From Macrostomum lignano (Eukaryota), in assembly GCA_002269645.1 (NCBI GenBank), contig NIVC01002993.1:62001-126000 (forward strand): 64,000 nt of DNA, given 5' to 3'. The notes under the pieces are model-generated. The model saw nothing but the letters and a program-made list of their open reading frames with translations, had not been told where the DNA came from and made no database searches. This document shows, in pieces, positions 55,096 to 64,000 of this stretch. Position numbers and translations under genes: made by a program. Positions within the stretch are counted from its first letter, which is position 1, and every line of letters starts with the position of its first letter.

Positions 55096-55381
55096 GATTT
55101 TGAACTTCTAATATTAAACCTTGTTTTCCTGCCCAAATCGCTATGAATAGTAACACTATATAAGAAAGCAGTACAAAAAATCTAGGACAGGCAATATTCA
55201 AAATAAAAGTTAGGGAAGTTGAGGCTTATCTCGGTCGCAATTATCTAGTACGCTATTTTTTACCGTGAAATCTTGCATGAAAAAGAAAGCTTGGCTAAAA
55301 ATATTTTGCATACAATAGGCTTCAACAAAGCCTATTTAAAGCTTAATATTGAACTGCTGAAACAGGCCCTGGCATTCTCAC

Positions 55382-55561
55382 CTTGAGCCTGTCCAGCTGG
55401 TACTTGTCCGCCGCGGCTAGCAAACTGTCGGCCATATTGGACAGGTTGGGCGCCCGGCCAGTGTACAGGTAGCGCAGCACCTCGCGCATCGTGTCCTCGT
55501 CCAGGTCCGGCACTTCGACGCGATTTGCTCGGCTCTCCTCCATTTGGTGCTCAAACATGGC
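55382..55561 (-). CDS. SPOP: SPOP exon (BTB domain)
   Basis: [19 protein letters not shown]...LRYLYTG...[14 protein letters not shown]; cctacag| and |gtgaga sites. Confidence 0.96.
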
Positions 55562-55719
55562 CTGTAGGAGATGATGCCTTTATTAAATACACTATCACGC
55601 TAGATAACTGAAGCTCATTGATGACGGCTACTATCGCAAGATAGTCGGATTGCTATTGATAGGAAAATGACAGATAGAAGAGTGGACAGATAGGTGAGAA
55701 AGGACTGGGAGAAATAGAA

Positions 55720-57862
55720 GGGGAGATATAGGAGAGGAGAGATATAGAAGACACAGGGGGATATAGAGGACACAGGAGATAATAGAGGACACAGGGAAGA
55801 TAATAGGGGACACAGGGGGAGATAATAGGAGACACAGGGGAGATAATAGGGGACACAGGGGAGATATAGAGGACACAGGGGAGATATAGAGGACACATGC
55901 GAGATATAGAGGAGACATGGGAAATATAGAGGACACAGGGCCAGGGAGATAATAGGGGACACAGGGGGAGATATAGAGGACACAGGGGAGATAATAGGGG
56001 ACACAGGGGAGATAATAGAGAACACAGGGGAGATATAGAGGACATGGGAGATAATAGGGGACACAGGAGATGAAAGACGACACAGGGAAGATAATAGGGG
56101 ACACAGGGAAGATAATAGGGGACACAGGGGAGATAATAGGAGACACAGGGGAGATAATAGGGGACACAGGGGAGATAATAGGGGACACAGGGGAGATATA
56201 GAGGTCACAGGGGAGATATAGAGGACACAGGGGAGATAATAGGGGACACAGGGGAGATATAGAGGACACAGGGGAGATATAGAGGACACATGCGAGATAT
56301 AGAGGAGACATGGGAAATATAGAGGACACAGGGCCAGGGAGATAATAGGGGACACAGGGTGAGATATAGAGGACACAGGGGAGATAATAGGGGACACAGG
56401 GGAGATAATAGAGAACACAGGGGAGATATAGAGGACATGGGAGATAATAGGGGACACAGGAGATGAAAGACGACACAGGGAAGATAATAGGGGACACAGG
56501 GAAGATAATAGGGGACACAGGGGAGATAATAGGAGACACAGGGGAGATAATAGGGGACACAGGGGAGATAATAGGGGACACAGGGGAGATATAGAGGTCA
56601 CAGGGGAGATATAGAGGACACAGGGGAGATATAGAGGACACAGGGGAGATATAGAGGACACAGGGGAGATATAGAGGACACAAGGGAGATATAGAGGACA
56701 CAGGGGAGATATAGAGGACACAAGGGAGATATAGAGGACACAGGGGAGATATAGAGGACACAGGGGAGATATAGAGGACACAGGGGAGATATAGAGGACA
56801 CAGGGAGATATAGAGGACACAAGGGAGATATAGAGGACACAAGGGAGATATAGAGGACACAGGGGAGATATAGAGGACACAAGGGAGATATAGAGGACAC
56901 AGGGGAGATATAGAGGACACAGGGGAGATATAGAGGACACAGGGGAGATATAGAGGACACAGGGGAGATATAGAGGACACAAGGGAGATATAGAGGACAC
57001 AGGGGAGATATAGAGGACACAAGGGAGATATAGAGGACACAGAGGAGATATAGAGGACACAGGGGAGATATAGAGGACACAGGGGAGATATAGAGGACAC
57101 AAGGAAGATATAGAGGACACAGGGGAGATATAGAGGACACAGGGGAGATATAGAGGACACAAGGGAGATATAGAGGACACAGAGGAGATATAGAGGACAC
57201 AAGGGAGATATAGAGGACACAGGGGAGATATAGAGGACACAGGGGAGATACCAGAGGACACATGGGAGATATAGAGGACACAGGGGAGATATAGAGGACA
57301 CAGGGGAGATATAGAGGACACAGGGGAGATATAGAGGACACAGGGGAGATATAGAGGACACAAGGAAGATATAGAGGACACAGGGGAGATATAGAGGACA
57401 CAGGGGAGATATAGAGGAAACAGGGGAGATATAGAGGACACAGGGGAGATATAGAGGACACAGGGGAGATATAGAGGACACAGGGGAGATATAGAGGACA
57501 CAAGGGAGATATAGAGGACACAGGGGAGATATAGAGGACACAGGGGAGATATAGAGGACACAGGGGAGATATAGAAGACACAAGGGAGATATAGAGGACA
57601 CAGGGGAGATATAGAGGACACAAGGGAGATATAGAGGACACAGGGGAGATATAGAGGACACAGGGGAGATATAGAGGACACAGGGGAGATATAGAGGACA
57701 CAGGGGAGATATAGAGGACACAGGGGAGATATAGAGGACACAGGGGAGATATAGAGGACACAGGGGAGATATAGAGGACACAGGGGAGATATAGAGGACA
57801 CAGGGGAGATATAGAGGACACAGGGGAGATATAGAGGACACAGGGGAGATATAGAGGAAACA
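55720..57862. repeat. 20-bp purine-rich minisatellite (caggggagatatagaggaca) with a degenerate left part
   Basis: Direct inspection. Confidence 0.95.
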
Positions 57863-58071
57863 GAGAATACCGAAACCAGAAAATTCCTGATGGAACGGTG
57901 CAATAGTTTTTTTGAAAATCAGTTGAGCCCATTTGTTCTAAAAAATGAGTCGCATACCTGCCTAGATGGATAGAAACATTTCATTTTAGTATGCTGGATA
58001 AATAGAGAAGAGAGACCAGAAGAGCAACTTAAAAGCACAAACATCAGACGCTATAGAATACTCAAGCTTAC

Positions 58072-58275
58072 CTGAAACACTGGCGACCGAGCCGACAGCA
58101 CCGATTTGTGGGCGCGCAATTCGGCGCCGTTGGCGCCAACGCACAGGGCAACATCGGCGTGAAGGCCGCGCTCAAGCAGCTGGGACAGCTCCTCGGCTAG
58201 GCGGCAGTCTGGCACGCGGACTGGCTGGGCGTTCGACTGGCCGGAGACGTTCTGCGTCTCGCCTACCACCGACAC
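58072..58275 (-). CDS. SPOP: SPOP exon (MATH-BTB linker and BTB start)
   Basis: VSVVGETQNVSGQS...VPDCRLAEEL...AHKSVLSARSPVFQ; tgcag| and |gtaagc sites. Confidence 0.95.
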
Positions 58276-58519
58276 CTGCACGACGCAACAGAAATGAAAA
58301 ACAAAAAGACTTACAAGCCAGTTAAAATCACATACCTATACAGTATAGCTAAAATTTCAGCTACAGAGACTCAGTTCCCAATACTGTATTGAATTTAATC
58401 TAAGGCGCTAGCAGAACAAATTCAATGAATTAGTAATGAGCATATAGTCGAGTACGGTAAAGTACAACAGAGTGCTTTTAGTAAATCCTAGCAATTTTAA
58501 TTCCCACTTCACAAACTAC

Positions 58520-61110
58520 AGAATGTTCACAATCCTGAATGTTCACAATCTAGAATCTTCACGATTTAGAATCTTCACAATCTAGAATCTTCACGATTTA
58601 GAATCTTCACGATTTAGAATCTTCACAATCTAGAATCTTCACGATTTAGAATCTTCACGATTTAGAATCTTCACAATCTAGAATCTTCACGATTTAGAAT
58701 CTTCACAATCTAGAATCTTCACGATTTAGAATCTTCACGATTTAGAATCTTCACAATCTAGAATCTTCACGATTTAGAATCTTCACGATTTAGAATCTTC
58801 ACAATCTAGAATCTTCACGATTTAGAATCTTCACAATCAAGAATCTTCACGATTTAGAACCTTCACGATTTAGAATCTTCACAATCTAGAATCTTCACGA
58901 TTTAGAATCTTCACGATTTAGAATCTTCACAATCTAGAATCTTCACAAACTAGAATCTTCACAATCTAGAATCTTCACAAACTAGAATCTTCACAATCTA
59001 GAATCTTCACGATTTAGAATCTTTACTATTTAGAATCTTCTCAATCTAGAATCTTCACAATCTAGAATATTCACAAACTAGAATATTCACAAACTAGAAT
59101 CTTCACAATCTAGAATCTTCACAAACTAGAATCTTCACAATCTAGAATCTTCACAATCTAGAATCTTCATAATCTAGAATCTTCACAATCTAGAATCTTC
59201 ACAATCTATAATCTTCACAAACTATAATCTTCACAAACTAGAATCTTCACAATCTAGAATCTTCACAAACTAGAATCTTCACAATCTAGAATCTTCACAA
59301 TCTAGAATCTTCACAATCTAGAATCTTCACAATCTATAATCTTCACAAACTAGAATCTTCACAATCTAGAATCTTCACATCTAGAATCTTCACAAACTAG
59401 AATCTTCACAATCTAGAATCTTCACAAACTAGAATCTTCACAATCTATAATCTTCACAAACTAGAATCTTCACCATCTAGAATCTTCACAAACTAGAATC
59501 TTCACCATCTAGAATCTTCACAATCTATAATCTTCACAAACTAGAATCTTCACAATCTAGAATCTTCACCATCTAGAATCTTCACAATCTAGAATCTTCA
59601 CAATCTAGAATCTTCACAATCTATAATCTTCACAAACTAGAATCTTCACATCTAGAATCTTCACAATCTATAATCTTCACAAACTAGAATCTTCACAATC
59701 TATAATCTTCACAAACTAGAATCTTCACCATCTAGAATCTTCACAATCTAGAATCTTCACAAACTAGAATCTTCACCATCTAGAATCTTCACAAACTAGA
59801 ATCTTCACCATCTAGAATCTTCACAATCTATAATCTTTACAAACTAGAATCTCCACAAACTAGAATCTTCACAAACTATAATCTTAACAAACTAGAATCT
59901 TCACAATCTAGAATCTTCACAATCTATAATCTTCACAAACTAGAATCTTCACAAACTAGAATCTTCACAATCTAGAATCTTCACAAACTAGAATCTTCAC
60001 CATCTAAAATCTTCACAAACTAGAATCTTCACAATCTAGAATCTTCACAATCTAGAATCTTCACAATCTAGAATTTTTACAATCTAGAATCTTCACAAAC
60101 TAGAATCTTCACAATCTAGAATCTTCACAAACTAGAATCTTCACAAACTAGAATCTTCACAATCTAGAATCTTCACAATCTAGAATCTTCACAATCTAGA
60201 ATCTTCACAAACTAGAATCTTCACAATCTAGAATCTTCACAAACTAGAATCTTCACAATCTAGAATCTTCACAAACTAGAATCTTCACAATCTAGAATCT
60301 TCACAATCTAGAATCTTCACAAACTAGAATCTTCACAATCTAGAATCTTCACAATCTAGAATCTTCACAAACTAGAATCTTCACAATCTAGAATCTTCAC
60401 AATCTAGAATCTTCACAAACTAGAATCTTCACAATCTAGAATCTTCACAATCTAGAATCTTCACAATCTAGAATCTTCACAATCTAGAATCTTCACAAAC
60501 TAGAATCTTCACAAACTAGAATCTTCACAATCTAGAATCTTCACAATCTAGAATCTTCACAATCTAGAATCCTCACAATCTAGAATCTTTACAATCTATA
60601 ATCTTCACAAACTAGAATCTTCACAATCTAGAATCTTCACCATCTAGAATCTTCACAATCTAGAATCTTCACAAACTAGAATCTTCACAATCTAGAATCT
60701 TCACAATCTAGAATCTTCACAATCTAGAATCCTCACAATCTAGAATCTTCACAAACTAGAATCTTCACAATCTAGAATCTTCATAATCTAGAATCTTTAC
60801 AATCTAGAATCTTCACAAACTAGAATCTTCACAATCTAGAATCTTCACAATCTAGAATCTTTACAATCTATAATCTTCACAAACTAGAATCTTCACAATC
60901 TAGAATCTTCACCATCTAGAATCTTCACAATCTAGAATCTTCACAAACTAGAATCTTCACAATCTAGAATCTTTACAATCTAGAATCTTCACAATCTAGA
61001 ATACTCACAATCTAGAATCTTTACAATCTAGAATCTTCACAATCTAGAATCTTCACAATCTAGAATCTTCACAATCTAGAATACTCACAATCTAGAATCT
61101 TTACAATCTA
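58520..61110. repeat. 16-bp minisatellite (atcttcacaa[a/t]ctaga)
   Basis: About 160 units. Confidence 0.97.
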
Positions 61111-61639
61111 GACCCTGCACAAACTAGACATCGGGGTCTTTCTATACTTTTTACGTCTTTAACAATACTTCACGGCGATTTGAATAATCGCGCTAATTTA
61201 AAAAAAACACTGAACAAAGCAGATGCGGCAAGCGCAATAAACTTCGTTACAGCCAGGCCAGTGCACCGGCGCAATTTATTATTATTGACCTATTTACGAG
61301 TAGTTATAAGCATGTTTATGCATATTATGAATATATTATTACTGTGCACTTGAGCTGAATTAGCTGAATAGAGGAGTTGCACCGTTGGGTTTATGGGGGT
61401 CTCGTATAAAGGAATGCTAATGCGGTGCAGGCTGGGAATGCGCAGAAAGGAGATTATATATGTATAATTATTATATAACAGACAACTATTTACTGCGCAG
61501 GTTGCATAAATGAATGTCGCACTTACAATAGCAGCTGCGCTGCGCACTAAATTTTCTTTTTTACAATTTTATCCCGCGTTTGTGCGTTCAACGAGCACAG
61601 AAATTGATTTTCTATTCGTTTTCTCCCGCGGCTAAGCTC

Positions 61640-61900
61640 GTTTTCTGACCGCCAACTAGCGACACTTTCCGTCCAATCTTCTGACCGCCAACTAGCGACA
61701 CTTTCCGTCCAATCTTCTGACCGCCAACTAGCGACACTTTCCGTCCAATCTTCTGACCGCCCACTAGCGACACTTTCCGTCCAATCTTCTGACCGCCCAC
61801 TAGCGACACTTTCCGTCCAATCTTCTGACCGCCCACTAGCGACACTTTCCGTCCAATCTTCTGACCGCCAACTAGCGACACTTTCCGTCCAATCTTCTAT
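61640..61900. repeat. 36-bp repeat (ctgaccgccaactagcgacactttccgtccaatctt), ~7 copies
   Basis: Period 36 (61681, 61717). Confidence 0.9.
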
Positions 61901-61929
61901 GCGACTTTGCTCTCCCCTCTGAAACATCC

Positions 61930-62455
61930 CACTCTACCACTACTATCCTACTCTATCACTCTACTATCCTACTCTATCACTCTACTATCCTACTCTATCA
62001 CTCTACTATCCTACTCTATCACTACTATCCCGCTCTCCAGATCTTCCTAATCCTCGACTCTACTTTACAATCCATTAACTTTACTTCCTAATCCCCGCTT
62101 TACTTCCAATCCAAATCTCCAACTGCACTTCCCAATCTCTCGCTTTACTTCCCAATCTCTCGCTCCACTTCCCAATCTCCCACTCTACTTCCCTAATCTC
62201 CCGCTCTACTTCCCAATCTCCCGCTCCACTTCCCAATCTCCCGCTCCACTTCCCAATCTCCCCTTCTACTTCCCAATCTCCCGCTCTACTTCCCAATCTC
62301 CCACTCCATTTCCTAATCTCCCGCTCCACTTCCCAATCTCCCACTCTACTTACTTTCCAATCTCCCGCTCCACTTCCCAATCTCCCGCTCCACTTCCCAA
62401 TCTCCCGCTCCACTTCCCAATCTCCCGCTCCACTTCCCAATCTCCCGCTCCAATC
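61930..62455. repeat. 21-bp (ctactatcctactctatcact) and 20-bp (cttcccaatctcccgctcca) repeats
   Basis: Direct inspection. Confidence 0.85.
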
Positions 62456-62465
62456 CCCAGCTCAC

Positions 62466-62593
62466 CTCGCAGTGAATGGTCAGCCGATCGTCCGGCAACA
62501 GGCCATTAGTTTCGTCCATAAGGAAGTCGCGCCGGATAAACTTCTTGAAGCCCCAATCTTTGCCCTGGATGAATCGATAGGCTCGCTGGCTCT
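62466..62593 (-). CDS. SPOP: SPOP exon (MATH domain end)
   Basis: (E)[42 protein letters not shown]; caacag| and |gtgagc sites. Confidence 0.97.
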
Positions 62594-62679
62594 CTGTTGT
62601 AAACAGATTAAAGAGTTTCTTTCTCAAACAAATTATGAGCTGGCTTAGGAGTATGGGGCAGTAAGTGGGCCAAACTCAC

Positions 62680-62834
62680 CCATGGCTTTAGTCTCCTCGC
62701 GTTTGGCATTTAATAAAGAGAATTTAAATTTGGCGCGTACTTCATTTTTACTGCCGCAACTGACTAGCAGAAGGTACAGCGACAGGTAGTCCTTGCTCTC
62801 CTCGTCTAAGCCTTTTGGATTGATGCGAAGGCAC
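62680..62834 (-). CDS. SPOP: SPOP exon (MATH domain; upstream exons outside window)
   Basis: [47 protein letters not shown]; ttccag| and |gtgagt sites. Confidence 0.97.
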
Positions 62835-64000
62835 CTGGAAATTAATAAGAGAGACAAAAGGGCGGTGTTCAATACTCGCAGGATCACAGAAATTACACGA
62901 GGCCCTTTATTAACGAAAACAAAATCAGGGAAAGGTTATCAGAGGCGACCAGACATTTTTTAAATTAAAATCTGCGCCTGAACAGATTCCTGGACAACTA
63001 ACAGATTAGGAATTAATTCTGGATTGGAAACGAGACTTCACTAATCTGCTTATGGATTGCTGCCCAGAATGTAATGCAATAAACTATTTCAATATTGAAA
63101 AGCCACGATAGCTTACAGACAGATAGGCAGAAAGACACAAAAGCAATTTTTTCTTGATTTGAAAATTTGCCATCTTTTGTTCAATAATTTAACACGCATC
63201 ACACCTTGACAAATGAGAGTCTTATTTGATATACGAGTGGAGCAAAGCCAGACACGCACACTAGAGTAGAACCCAGCTTAAAAGCGCTGGATCCTTGCGG
63301 CAGCAATTCACAAAGGACACTGGCGGGCTGACAAATTTGAAGAAGAAAAAACGAAATGAGTTTTCTGTGTCCTCTCTTGTCTGTTGTCTTTATTAGGCCT
63401 TAAGGCATCCCAAATAGGTGTTTGCACTTTAAGCGACATAGGCACACAACCGGCGAGAGGCATTGCTGCCCATTCCGCCGACTCCCCTGAGCAGACACAC
63501 AAGCGCGCGGATACGTACGCAGTGACACGCACAGGCACACACACACAGCGGCCCTAACTTTATTTATCGTTAGGCATGTACACTTCACTGTGCCTTGGGG
63601 GTTGGCCCTCAAGGGCGTTAATTGCACGAGCAGAGTCAAGCCGAGATTCCAATTTAGCCACAAATTAATGCGACTGCACTTGGAATCGAGCCTGGGCCGC
63701 TGGGACATCAGAGCCTGCGCTAGACCACTGGGCTACGGACCCGTTATCCTACCGTTAATAGTAATAAATTATTAGTAATAAGTTCTTAAAAATACGCACA
63801 TACTAGAAAATACAGACAAAAATACATAAATTTTTCACCTCTATATGTATTTGACGCATGCACGTACCTAGTATTTAAATGGCCTATATGGAAGTGGATG
63901 GAAACAGAGGGATAAGCTTAAGAAAGAGCGCAGAGAAAGCAGCTGAGTCGCTGAGAAATCACCAATTAAATGCGGAGGCAGCAAAATCAGCAAAATCAGC

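Overview
Eukaryotic (invertebrate animal) genomic DNA with short GC-rich exons separated by introns filled with micro- and minisatellites. The architecture resembles Macrostomum-type flatworm assemblies, but the organism is an inference. Four conserved genes lie on the minus strand: SPOP (5 exons, 5' end outside the window), TOP3B (8 exons, 49759 to ~14250), TAF7 (2 coding exons) and one exon of an FHA-domain CHFR-like gene. TOP3B introns hold a nested plus-strand gene for a small secreted Cys-rich protein and an integrase-deleted Ty3/Gypsy element flanked by a ~1 kb direct duplication. A 1.5 kb non-autonomous LTR element sits in a 30-bp satellite next to the TAF7 stop, and a CORE-type SINE follows SPOP. 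Main anomaly: a ~6 kb block (~13.1-19.1 kb) is base-complemented in place without being reversed. The last two TOP3B exons are absent from all six normal frames but read with correct splice sites and phases when the + strand is read backwards without complementing. Normal DNA chemistry cannot produce this, so it is most likely an assembly or processing artefact, or an in silico edit. Most long ORFs in the supplied track are translations of tandem repeats.
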